Shown here one piece after another: positions 14,901 to 28,680 of a stretch of 64,000 nucleotides of DNA; position 1 is the stretch's first letter; each line of letters starts with the position of its first letter. This DNA comes from Dendrobates tinctorius (taxonomy: Eukaryota). A program made the translations under genes and the position numbers. The notes under the pieces are model-generated. The model saw nothing but the letters and a program-made list of their open reading frames with translations, did not search any database and was not told the DNA's origin. Where the stretch lies: contig NW_027361792.1 of NCBI RefSeq assembly GCF_039654945.1, positions 620,001-684,000 on the forward strand, given 5' to 3'.

Positions 14901-17900
14901 TGTGTACAATACCGGCTATTCCTGGGAGATATAGTCCTCTTACTGCACTGTGTGTACAATACCGGCTACTCCTGGGAGATGTAGTCCTCTTACTGCACTG
15001 TATGTACAATACCGGCTATTCCTGGGAGATATAGTCCTCTTACTGCACTGTGTGTACAATACCGGCTACTCCTGGGAGATATAGTCCTCTTACTGCACTG
15101 TATGTACAATACCGGCTATTCCTGGGAGATATAGTCCTCTTACTGCACTGTGTGTACAATACCGGCTACTCCTGGGAGATGTAGTCCTCTTACTGGACTG
15201 CGTATACAATAGCGGCTATTCCTGGGAGATGTAGTCCTCTTACTCGACTGCGTATACAATAGCGGCTATTCCTGGGAGATGTAGTCCTCTTACTGCACTG
15301 CGTATACAATAGCCGCTATTCCTGGAAGATGTAGTCCTCTTACTCAACTGCGTATACAATAGCTGCTATTCCTGGGAGATGTAGTCCTCTTACTGCACTG
15401 CATGTACAATAGCAGCTATTCCTGGTAGATATAGTCCTCTTACTGCACTGCGTATACAATAGCGGCTATTCCTGGGAGATGTAGTCCTCTTACTGGACTG
15501 CGTATACAATAGCGGCTATTCCTGGGAGATGTAGTCCTCTTACTGCACTGCGTATACAATAGCCGCTATTCCTGGAAGATGTAGTCCTCTTACTCGACTG
15601 CGTATACAATAGCTGCTATTCCTGGGAGATGTAGTCCTCTTACTGCACTGCATGTACAATAGCAGCTATTCCTGGTAGATATAGTCCTCTTACTGCACTG
15701 CATGTACAATAGCAGCTATTCCTGGTAGATATAGTCCTCTTACTGCACTGTGTGTACAATACCGGCTACTCCTGGGAGATGTAGTCCTCTTACTGGACTG
15801 CGTATACAATAGCGGCTATTCCTGGGAGATGTAGTCCTCTTACTGCACTGCATGTACAATAGCGGCTACTCCTGGGAGATGTAGTCCTCTTACTGGACTG
15901 CGTATACAATAGCTGCTATTCCTGGGAGATGTAGTCCTCTTACTGCACTGCATGTACAATAGCAGCTATTCCTGGTAGATATAGTCCTCTTACTGCACTG
16001 TGTGTACAATACCGGCTACTCCTGGGAGATGTAGTCCTCTTACTGGACTGCGTATACAATAGCGGCTATTCCTGGGAGATGTAGTCCTCTTACTGCACTG
16101 CATGTACAATAGCAGCTATTCCTGGGAGATGTAGTCATCTTACTGCACTGTGTGTACAATACCGGCTACTCCTGGGAGATGTAGTCCTCTTACTGGACTG
16201 CGTATACAATAGCGGCTATTCCTGGGAGATGTAGTCCTCTTACTCGACTGCGTATACAATAGCGGCTATTCCTGGGAGATGTAGTCCTCTTACTGCACTG
16301 CGTATACAATAGCCGCTATTCCTGGAAGATGTAGTCCTCTTACTCGACTGCGTATACAATAGCTGCTATTCCTGGGAGATGTAGTCCTCTTACTGCACTG
16401 CATGTACAATAGCAGCTATTCCTGGTAGATATAGTCCTCTTACTGCACTGCGTATACAATAGCGGCTATTCCTGGGAGATGTAGTCCTCTTACTGGACTG
16501 CGTATACAATAGCGGCTATTCCTGGGAGATGTAGTCCTCTTACTGCACTGCGTGTACAATAGCAGCTATTCCTGGGAGATGTAGTCCTCTTACTGCACTG
16601 CATGTACAATACCGGCTATTCCTGGGAGATGTAGTCCTCTTACTGCACTGCATGTACAATACCGGCTATTCCTGGGAGATGTAGTCCTCTTACTGCACTG
16701 CGTGTACAATACCGGCTACTCCTATCAGATGTCCTCTTACTGCACTGCGTGTACAATAGCGGCTATTCCTGGGAGATGTAGTCGTCTTACTGCACTGTGT
16801 GTATAATAGCGGCTATTCCTGGGAGATATAGTCCTCTTACTGCACTGCGTGTCCAATAGCGGCTATTCCTGGGAGATGTAGTCGTCTTACTGCACTGTAT
16901 GTACAATACCGGCTACTCCTGGGAGATATAGTCCTCTTACTGCACTGCATGTACAATAACGGCTATTCCTGGGAGATGTAGTCCTCTTACTGCACTGCAT
17001 GTACAATAGCAACTATTCCTGGGAGATGTAGTCCTCTTACTGCACTGCATGTACAATACCGGCTACTCCTGGGAGATATAGTCCTCTTACTGCACTGCAT
17101 GTACAATACCGGCTATTCCTGGGAGATGTAGTCGTCTTACTGCACTGTATGTACAATACCGGCTACTCCTGGGAGATATAGTCCTCTTACTGCACTGCAT
17201 GTACAATAACGGCTATTCCTGGGAGATGTAGTCCTCTTACTGCACTGCATGTACAATAGCAACTATTCCTGGGAGATGTAGTCCTCTTACTGCACTGCGT
17301 GTCCAATAGCGGCTATTCCTGGGAGATATAGTCCTCTTACTGCACTGCATGTACAATACCGGCTACTCCTGGGAGATATAGTCCTCTTACTGCACTGCAT
17401 GTACAATACCGGCTATTCCTGGGAGATGTAGTCCTCTTACTGCACTGCGTGTACAATAGCGGCTATTCCTGGGAGATATAGTCCTCTTACTGCACTGCAT
17501 GTACAATAGCGGCTATTCCTGGGAGATGTAGTCCTGTTACTGGACTGCGTATACAATAGCGGCTATTCCTGGGAGATGTAGTCCTCTTACTGGACTGCGT
17601 ATACAATAGCGGCTATTCCTGGGAGATGTAGCCCTCTTACTGCACTGCATGTACAATACCGGCTATTCCTGGGAGATGTAGTCCTCTTACTGCACTGCGT
17701 GTACAATAGCGGCTATTCCTGGGAGATGTAGTCCTCTTACTGCACTGCATGTACAATAGCAGCTATTCCTGGGAGATATAGTCCTCTTACTGCACTGCAT
17801 GTACAATACCGGCTATTCCTGGGAGATGTAGTCTTCTTACTGCACTGCATGTACAATAGCAGCTATTCCTGGGAGATATAGTCCTCTTACTGCACTGCAT

Positions 17901-20900
17901 GTACAAAACCGGCTACTCCTGGGAGATATAGTCCTCTTACTGCACTGCATGTACAATAGCGGCTATTCCTGGGAGATGTAGTCCTCTTACTGCACTGCAT
18001 GTACAATAGCGGCTACTCCTGGGAGATATAGTCCTCTTACTGCACTGCGTGTACAATAGCGGCTATTCCTGGGAGATATAGTCCTCTTACTGCACTGCAT
18101 GTACAATAGCAGCTATTCCTGGGAGATATAGTCCTCTTACTGCACTGCATGTACAATACCGGCTATTCCTGGGAGATGTAGTCCTCTTACTGCACTGCGT
18201 GTACAATAGCGGCTATTCCTGGGAGATATAGTCCTCTTACTGCACTGTATGTACAATAGCGGCTATTCCTGGGAGATATAGTCCTCTTACTGCACTGCAT
18301 GTACAATACCGGCTATTCCTGGGAGATATAGTCCTCTTACTGCACTGCATGTACAATAGCGGCTATTCCTGGGAGATGTAGTCCTCTTACTGCACTGTAT
18401 GTACAATACCGGCTATTCCTGGGAGATGTAGTCCTCTTACTGCACTGCGTGTACAATAGCGGCTATTCCTGGGAGATATAGTCCTCTTACTGCACTGCAT
18501 GTACAATACCGGCTATTCCTGGGAGATATAGTCCTCTTACTGCACTGTATGTACAATAGCGGCTATTCCTGGGAGATATAGTCCTCTTACTGCACTGCAT
18601 GTACAATACCGGCTACTCCTGGGAGATATAGTCCTCTTACTGCACTGCATGTACAATAGCGGCTATTCCTGGGAGATGTAGTCCTCTTACTGCACTGCAT
18701 GTACAATAGCGGCTATTCCTGGGAGATGTAGTCCTCTTACTGCACTGTATGTACAATACCGGCTATTCCTGGGAGATGTAGTCATCTTACTGCACTGTGT
18801 GTACAATACCGGCTATTCCTGGGAGATATAGTCCTCTTACTGCACTGTGTGTACAATACCGGCTACTCCTGGGAGATGTAGTCCTCTTACTGCACTGTAT
18901 GTACAATACCGGCTATTCCTGGGAGATATAGTCCTCTTACTGCACTGTGTGTACAATACCGGCTACTCCTGGGAGATATAGTCCTCTTACTGCACTGTAT
19001 GTACAATACCGGCTATTCCTGGGAGATATAGTCCTCTTACTGCACTGTGTGTACAATACCGGCTACTCCTGGGAGATGTAGTCCTCTTACTGGACTGCGT
19101 ATACAATAGCGGCTATTCCTGGGAGATGTAGTCCTCTTACTCGACTGCGTATACAATAGCGGCTATTCCTGGGAGATGTAGTCCTCTTACTGCACTGCGT
19201 ATACAATAGCCGCTATTCCTGGAAGATGTAGTCCTCTTACTCGACTGCGTATACAATAGCTGCTATTCCTGGGAGATGTAGTCCTCTTACTGCACTGCAT
19301 GTACAATAGCAGCTATTCCTGGTAGATATAGTCCTCTTACTGCACTGCGTATACAATAGCGGCTATTCCTGGGAGATGTAGTCCTCTTACTGGACTGCGT
19401 ATACAATAGCGGCTATTCCTGGGAGATGTAGTCCTCTTACTGCACTGCGTATACAATAGCCGCTATTCCTGGAAGATGTAGTCCTCTTACTCGACTGCGT
19501 ATACAATAGCTGCTATTCCTGGGAGATGTAGTCCTCTTACTGCACTGCATGTACAATAGCAGCTATTCCTGGTAGATATAGTCCTCTTACTGCACTGTGT
19601 GTACAATACCGGCTACTCCTGGGAGATGTAGTCCTCTTACTGGACTGCGTATACAATAGCGGCTATTCCTGGGAGATGTAGTCCTCTTACTGCACTGCAT
19701 GTACAATAGCAACTATTCCTGGGAGATATAGTCATCTTACTGCACTGTGTGTACAATACCGGCTACTCCTGGGAGATGTAGTCCTCTTACTGGACTGCGT
19801 ATACAATAGCTGCTATTCCTGGGAGATGTAGTCCTCTTACTGCACTGCATGTACAATAGCAGCTATTCCTGGTAGATATAGTCCTCTTACTGCACTGTGT
19901 GTACAATACCGGCTACTCCTGGGAGATGTAGTCCTCTTACTGGACTGCGTATACAATAGCGGCTATTCCTGGGAGATGTAGTCCTCTTACTGCACTGCAT
20001 GTACAATAGCAGCTATTCCTGGGAGATGTAGTCATCTTACTGCACTGTGTGTACAATACCGGCTACTCCTGGGAGATGTAGTCCTCTTACTGGACTGCGT
20101 ATACAATAGCGGCTATTCCTGGGAGATGTAGTCCTCTTACTCGACTGCGTATACAATAGCGGCTATTCCTGGGAGATGTAGTCCTCTTACTGCACTGCGT
20201 ATACAATAGCCGCTATTCCTGGAAGATGTAGTCCTCTTACTCGACTGCGTATACAATAGCTGCTATTCCTGGGAGATGTAGTCCTCTTACTGCACTGCAT
20301 GTACAATAGCAGCTATTCCTGGTAGATATAGTCCTCTTACTGCACTGCGTATACAATAGCGGCTATTCCTGGGAGATGTAGTCCTCTTACTGGACTGCGT
20401 ATACAATAGCGGCTATTCCTGGGAGATGTAGTCCTCTTACTGCACTGCGTGTACAATAGCAGCTATTCCTGGGAGATGTAGTCCTCTTACTGCACTGCAT
20501 GTACAATACCGGCTATTCCTGGGAGATGTAGTCCTCTTACTGCACTGCATGTACAATACCGGCTATTCCTGGGAGATGTAGTCCTCTTACTGCACTGCGT
20601 GTACAATACCGGCTACTCCTATCAGATGTCCTCTTACTGCACTGCGTGTACAATACCGGCTATTCCTGGGAGATGTAGTCGTCTTACTGCACTGTGTGTA
20701 TAATAGCGGCTATTCCTGGGAGATATAGTCCTCTTACTGCACTGCGTGTCCAATAGCGGCTATTCCTGGGAGATGTAGTCGTCTTACTGCACTGTATGTA
20801 CAATACCGGCTACTCCTGGGAGATATAGTCCTCTTACTGCACTGCATGTACAATAACGGCTATTCCTGGGAGATGTAGTCCTCTTACTGCACTGCATGTA

Positions 20901-23900
20901 CAATAGCAACTATTCCTGGGAGATGTAGTCCTCTTACTGCACTGCATGTACAATACCGGCTACTCCTGGGAGATATAGTCCTCTTACTGCACTGCATGTA
21001 CAATACCGGCTATTCCTGGGAGATGTAGTCGTCTTACTGCACTGTATGTACAATACCGGCTACTCCTGGGAGATATAGTCCTCTTACTGCACTGCATGTA
21101 CAATAACGGCTATTCCTGGGAGATGTAGTCCTCTTACTGCACTGCATGTACAATAGCAACTATTCCTGGGAGATGTAGTCCTCTTACTGCACTGCGTGTC
21201 CAATAGCGGCTATTCCTGGGAGATATAGTCCTCTTACTGCACTGCATGTACAATACCGGCTACTCCTGGGAGATATAGTCCTCTTACTGCACTGCATGTA
21301 CAATACCGGCTATTCCTGGGAGATGTAGTCCTCTTACTGCACTGCGTGTACAATAGCGGCTATTCCTGGGAGATATAGTCCTCTTACTGCACTGCATGTA
21401 CAATAGCGGCTATTCCTGGGAGATGTAGTCCTGTTACTGGACTGCGTATACAATAGCGGCTATTCCTGGGAGATGTAGTCCTCTTACTGGACTGCGTATA
21501 CAATAGCGGCTATTCCTGGGAGATGTAGCCCTCTTACTGCACTGCATGTACAATACCGGCTATTCCTGGGAGATGTAGTCCTCTTACTGCACTGCGTGTA
21601 CAATAGCGGCTATTCCTGGGAGATGTAGTCCTCTTACTGCACTGCATGTACAATAGCAGCTATTCCTGGGAGATATAGTCCTCTTACTGCACTGCATGTA
21701 CAATACCGGCTACTCCTGGGAGATATAGTCCTCTTACTGCACTGCATGTACAATAGCGGCTATTCCTGGGAGATGTAGTCCTCTTACTGCACTGCATGTA
21801 CAATAGCGGCTACTCCTGGGAGATATAGTCCTCTTACTGCACTGCGTGTACAATAGCGGCTATTCCTGGGAGATATAGTCCTCTTACTGCACTGCATGTA
21901 CAATAGCAGCTATTCCTGGGAGATATAGTCCTCTTACTGCACTGCATGTACAATACCGGCTATTCCTGGGAGATGTAGTCCTCTTACTGCACTGCGTGTA
22001 CAATAGCGGCTATTCCTGGGAGATATAGTCCTCTTACTGCACTGTATGTACAATAGCGGCTATTCCTGGGAGATATAGTCCTCTTACTGCACTGCATGTA
22101 CAATACCGGCTATTCCTGGGATATGTAGTCCTCTTACTGCACTGCATGTACAATAGCAGCTATTCCTGGGAGATATAGTCCTCTTACTGCACTGCATGTA
22201 CAATACCGGCTACTCCTGGGAGATATAGTCCTCTTACTGCACTGCATGTACAATAGCAGCTATTCCTGGGAGATATAGTCCTCTTCCTGCACTGCATGTA
22301 CAATAGCGGCTATTCCTGGGAGATGTAGTCCTCTTACTGCACTGTATGTACAATACCGGCTATTCCTGGGAGATGTAGTCATCTTACTGCACTGTGTGTA
22401 CAATACCGGCTACTCCTGGGAGATATAGTCCTCTTACTGCACTGTGTGTACAATACCGGCTACTCCTGGGAGATGTAGTCCTCTTACTGCACTGTATGTA
22501 CAATACCGGCTATTCCTGGGAGATATAGTCCTCTTACTGCACTGTGTGTACAATACCGGCTACTCCTGGGAGATATAGTCCTCTTACTGGACTGCGTATA
22601 CAATAGCGGCTATTCCTGGGAGATGTAGTCCTCTTACTCGACTGCGTATACAATAGCGGCTATTCCTGGGAGATGTAGTCCTCTTACTGCACAGCGTATA
22701 CAATAGCCGCTATTCCTGGAAGATGTAGTCCTCTTACTCGACTGCGTATACAATAGCTGCTATTCCTGGGAGATGTAGTCCTCTTACTGCACTGCATGTA
22801 CAATAGCAGCTATTCCTGGTAGATATAGTCCTCTTACTGCACTGCGTATACAATAGCGGCTATTCCTGGGAGATGTAGTCCTCTTACTGGACTGCGTATA
22901 CAATAGCGGTTATTCCTGGGAGATGTAGTCCTCTTACTGCACTGCGTATACAATAGCCGCTATTCCTGGAAGATGTAGTCCTCTTACTCGACTGCGTATA
23001 CAATAGCTGCTATTCCTGGGAGATGTAGTCCTCTTACTGCACTGCATGTACAATAGCAGCTATTCCTGGTAGATATAGTCCTCTTACTGCACTGCGTATA
23101 CAATAGCGGCTATTCCTGGGAGATGTAGTCCTCTTACTGGACTGCGTATACAATAGCAGCTATTCCTGGGAGATGTAGTCCTCTTACTGCACTGCATGTA
23201 CAATACCGGCTATTCCTGGGAGATGTAGTCCTCTTACTGCACTGCATGTACAATACCGGCTATTCCTGGGAGATGTAGTCCTCTTACTGCACTGCGTGTA
23301 CAATAGCGGCTATTCCTATCAGATGTAGTCCTCTTACTGCACTGCGTGTACAATAGCGGCTATTCCTGGGAGATGTAGTCGTCTTACTGCACTGTGTGTA
23401 TAATAGCGGCTATTCCTGGGAGATATAGTCCTCTTACTGCACTGCGTGTCCAATAGCGGCTATTCCTGGGAGATGTAGTCGTCTTACTGCACTGTATGTA
23501 CAATACCGGCTACTCCTGGGAGATATAGTCCTCTTACTGCACTGCATGTACAATAACGGCTATTCCTGGGAGATGTAGTCCTCTTACTGCACTGCATGTA
23601 CAATAGCAACTATTCCTGGGAGATGTAGTCCTCTTACTGCACTGCATGTACAATACCGGCTACTCCTGGGAGATATAGTCCTCTTACTGCACTGCATGTA
23701 CAATACCGGCTATTCCTGGGAGATGTAGTCCTCTTACTGCACTGCGTGTACAATAGCGGCTATTCCTGGGAGATGTAGTCGTCTTTCTTCACTGCATGTA
23801 CAATACCGGCTACTCCTGGGAGATATAGTCCTCTTACTGCACTGCATGTACAATACCGGCTACTCCTGGGAGATATAGTCCTCTTACTGCACTGCATGTA

Positions 23901-26900
23901 CAATAGCGGCTATTCCTGGGAGATGTAGTCCTCTTACTGCACTGCGTATACAATAGCTGCTATTCCTGGGAGATATAGTCCTCTTACTGCACTGCATGTA
24001 CAATAGCAACTATTCCTGGGAGATGTAGTCCTCTTACTGCACTGCATGTACAATACCGGCTACTCCTGGGAGATATAGTCCTCTTACTGCACTGCATGTA
24101 CAATACCGGCTATTCCTGGGAGATGTAGTCCTCTTACTGCACTGCGTGTACAATAGCGGCTATTCCTGGGAGATGTAGTCGTCTTTCTTCACTGCATGTA
24201 CAATACCGGCTACTCCTGGGAGATATAGTCCTCTTACTGCACTGCATGTACAATACCGGCTACTCCTGGGAGATATAGTCCTCTTACTGCACTGCATGTA
24301 CAATAGCGGCTATTCCTGGGAGATGTAGTCCTCTTACTGCACTGCATGTACAATAGCGGCTATTCCTGGGAGATGTAGTCCTCTTACTGCACTGTATGTA
24401 CAATACCGGCTATTCCTGGGAGATGTAGTCATCTTACTCCACTGTGTGTACAATACCGGCTATTCCTGGGAGATATAGTCCTCTTACTGGACTGCGTATA
24501 CAATAGCGGCTATTCCTGGGAGATGTAGTCCTCTTACTGCACTGCGTATACAATAGCGGCTATTCCTGGGAGATATAGTCCTCTTACTCGACTGCGTATA
24601 CAATAGCGGCTATTCCTAGGAGATGTAGTCCTCTTACTGCACTGCGTATACAATAGCCGCTATTCCTGGAAGATGTAGTCCTCTTACTCGACTGCGTATA
24701 CAATAGCTGCTATTCCTGGGAGATGTAGTCCTCTTACTGCACTGCATGTACAATAGCAGCTATTCCTGGTAGATATAGTCCTCTTACTGCATTGCGTATA
24801 CAATAGCGGCTATTCCTGGGAGATGTAGTCCTCTTACTGGACTGCGTATACAATAGCGGCTATTCCTGGGAGATGTAGTCCTCTTACTGCACTGCGTGTA
24901 CAATAGCAGCTATTCCTGGGAGATGTAGTCCTCTTACTGCACTGCATGTACAATACCAGCTATTCCTGGGAGATGTAGTCCTCTTACTGCACTGCATGTA
25001 CAATACCGGCTATTCCTGGGAGATGTAGTCCTCTTACTGCACTGCGTGTACAATAGCGGCTATTCCTATCAGATGTAGTCCTCTTACTGCACTGCGTGTA
25101 CAATAGCGGCTATTCCTGGGAGATGTAGTCGTCTTACTGCACTGTGTGTATAATAGCGGCTATTCCTGGGAGATATAGTCCTCTTACTGCACTGCGTGTC
25201 CAATAGCGGCTATTCCTGGGAGATGTAGTCCTCTTACTGCACTGCATGTACAATAGCGGCTATTCCTGGGAGATGTAGTCCTCTTACTGCACTGTATGTA
25301 CAATACCGGCTATTCCTGGGAGATGTAGTCATCTTACTCCACTGTGTGTACAATACCGGCTATTCCTGGGAGATATAGTCCTCTTACTGGACTGCGTATA
25401 CAATAGCGGCTATTCCTGGGAGATGTAGTCCTCTTACTGCACTGCGTATACAATAGCGGCTATTCCTGGGAGATATAGTCCTCTTACTCGACTGCGTATA
25501 CAATAGCGGCTATTCCTGGGAGATGTAGTCCTCTTACTGCACTGCGTATACAATAGCCGCTATTCCTGGAAGATGTAGTCCTCTTACTCGACTGCGTATA
25601 CAATAGCTGCTATTCCTGGGAGATGTAGTCCTCTTACTGCACTGCATGTACAATAGCAGCTATTCCTGGTAGATATAGTCCTCTTACTGCATTGCGTATA
25701 CAATAGCGGCTATTCCTGGGAGATGTAGTCCTCTTACTGGACTGCGTATACAATAGCGGCTATTCCTGGGAGATGTAGTCCTCTTACTGCACTGCGTGTA
25801 CAATAGCAGCTATTCCTGGGAGATGTAGTCCTCTTACTGCACTGCATGTACAATACCAGCTATTCCTGGGAGATGTAGTCCTCTTACTGCACTGCATGTA
25901 CAATACCGGCTATTCCTGGGAGATGTAGTCCTCTTACTGCACTGCGTGTACAATAGCGGCTATTCCTATCAGATGTAGTCCTCTTACTGCACTGCGTGTA
26001 CAATAGCGGCTATTCCTGGGAGATGTAGTCGTCTTACTGCACTGTGTGTATAATAGCGGCTATTCCTGGGAGATATAGTCCTCTTACTGCACTGCGTGTC
26101 CAATAGCGGCTATTCCTGGGAGATGTAGTCGTCTTACTGCACTGTATGTACAATACCGGCTATTCCTGGGAGATGTAGTCCTCTTACTGCACTGCATGTA
26201 CAATAGCAACTATTCCTGGGAGATGTAGTCCTCTTACTGCACTGCATGTACAATACCGGCTACTCCTGGGAGATATAGTCCTCTTACTGCACTGCATGTA
26301 CAATACCGGCTATTCCTGGGAGATGTAGTCCTCTTACTGCACTGCGTGTACAATAGCGGCTATTCCTGGGAGATGTAGTCGTCTTTCTGCACTGCATGTA
26401 CAATAGCAGCTATTCCTGGGAGATATAGTCCTCTTACTGCACTGCATGTACAATAGCGGCTATTCCTGGGAGATGTAGTCCTCTTACTGCACTGTATGTA
26501 CAATACCGGCTATTCCTGGGAGATGTAGTCCTCTTACTGCACTGTATGTACAATACCGGCTACTCCTGGGAGATATAGTCCTCTTACTGCACTGCATGTA
26601 CAATACCGGCTATTCCTGGGAGATATAGTCCTCTTACTGCACTGCATGTACAATACCGGCTACTCCTGGGAGATATAGTCCTCTTACTGCACTGCATGTA
26701 CAATACCGGCTATTCCTGGGAGATGTAGTCCTCTTACTGCACTGCGTGTACAATAGCGGCTATTCCTGGGAGATGTAGTCGTCTTACTGCACTGTATGTA
26801 CAATACCGGCTACTCCTGGGAGATATAGTCCTCTTACTGCACTGCATGTACAATAACGGCTATTCCTGGGAGATGTAGTCCTCTTACTGCACTGCATGTA

Positions 26901-28680
26901 CAATAGCAACTATTCCTGGGAGATGTAGTCCTCTTACTGCACTGCGTGTCCAATAGCGGCTATTCCTGGGAGATGTAGTCCTCTTACTGCACTGCATGTA
27001 CAATAGCAACTATTCCTGGGAGATGTAGTCCTCTTACTGCACTGCGTGTCCAATAGCGGCTATTCCTGGGAGATGTAGTCCTCTTACTGCACTGCGTGTA
27101 CAATAGCGGCTATTCCTGGGAGATGTAGTCGTCTTACTGCACTGTATGTACAATACCGGCTACTCCTGGGAGATATAGTCCTCTTACTGCACTGCATGTA
27201 CAATAACGGCTATTCCTGGGAGATGTAGTCCTCTTACTGCACTGCATGTACAATAGCAACTATTCCTGGGAGATGTAGTCCTCTTACTGCACTGCGTGTC
27301 CAATAGCGGCTATTCCTGGGAGATGTAGTCCTCTTACTGCACTGCATGTACAATAGCAACTATTCCTGGGAGATGTAGTCCTCTTACTGCACTGCGTGTC
27401 CAATAGCGGCTATTCCTGGGAGATGTAGTCCTCTTACTGCACTGCATGTACAATAGCAACTATTCCTGGGAGATGTAGTCCTCTTACTGCACTGCGTGTC
27501 CAATAGCTGCTATTCCTGGGAGATATAGTCCTCTTACTGCACTGCATGTACAATAACGGCTACTCCTGGGAGATATAGTCCTCTTACTGCACTGCATGTA
27601 CAATAGCAACTATTCCTGGGAGATGTAGTCCTCTTACTGCACTGCATGTACAATAGCCGCTATTCCTGGGAGATGTAGTCCTCTTACTGCACTGCATGTA
27701 CAATACCGGCTATTCCTGGGAGATATAGTCCTCTTACTGCACTGCGTGTCCAATGGCGGCTATTCCTGGGAGATATAGTCCTCTTACTGCACTGCATGTA
27801 CAATACCGGCTACTCCTGGGAGATATAGTCCTCTTACTGCACTGCGTGTACAATAGCGGCTATTCCTGGGAGATATAGTCCTCTTACTGCACTGCATGTA
27901 CAATAGCGGCTATTCCTGGGAGATGTAGTCCTCTTACTGCACTGCATGTACAATAGCGGCTATTCCTGGGAGATATAGTCCTCTTACTGCACTGCGTGTC
28001 CAATAGCGGCTATTCCTGGGAGATGTAGTCGTCTTACTGCACTGTGTGTATAATAGCGGCTATTCCTGGGAGATATAGTCCTCTTACTGCACTGCATGTA
28101 CAATAGCGGCTATTCCTGGGAGATATAGTCCTCTTACTGCACTGCATGTACAATACCGGCTACTCCTGGGAGATATAGTCCTCTTACTGCACTGCGTGTA
28201 CAATAGCGGCTATTCCTGGGAGATATAGTCCTCTTACTGCACTGCATGTACAATAGCGGCTATTCCTGGGAGATGTAGTCGTCTTACTGCACTGTGCGTA
28301 TAATAGCGGCTATTCCTGGGAGATATAGTCCTCTTACTGCACTGCATGTACAATAGCGGCTATTCCTGGGAGATATAGTCCTCTTACTGCACTGCGTGTC
28401 CAATAGCGGCTATTCCTGGGAGATGTAGTCGTCTTACTGCACTGTGTGTATAATAGCGGCTATTCCTGGAAGATATAGTCCTCTTACTGCACTGCGTGTC
28501 CAATAGCGGCTATTCCTGGGAGATGTAGTCGTCTTACTGCACTGTATGTACAATACCGGCTACTCCTGGGAGATGTAGTCCTCTTACTGCACTGCATGTA
28601 CAATAGCGGCTATTCCTGGGAGATGTAGTCGTCTTACTGCACGGCGTGTACTATAGTGGCTATTCCTGGGAGATGTAGTC
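5956..28680. repeat. 50-bp satellite, ~454 copies, with higher-order duplications
   Basis: Unit AGCGGCTATTCCTGGGAGATRTAGTCCTCTTACTGCACTGCRTRTACAAT. The 50-bp register is broken only by two 3-bp deletions (~16731 and ~20628). Confidence 0.99.

Noticed and set aside
5956-28680. CRISPR array or coding repeat
   Set aside because: Head-to-tail monomers with no unique spacers, no cas genes, eukaryotic context, and no ORFs in the track across the array.
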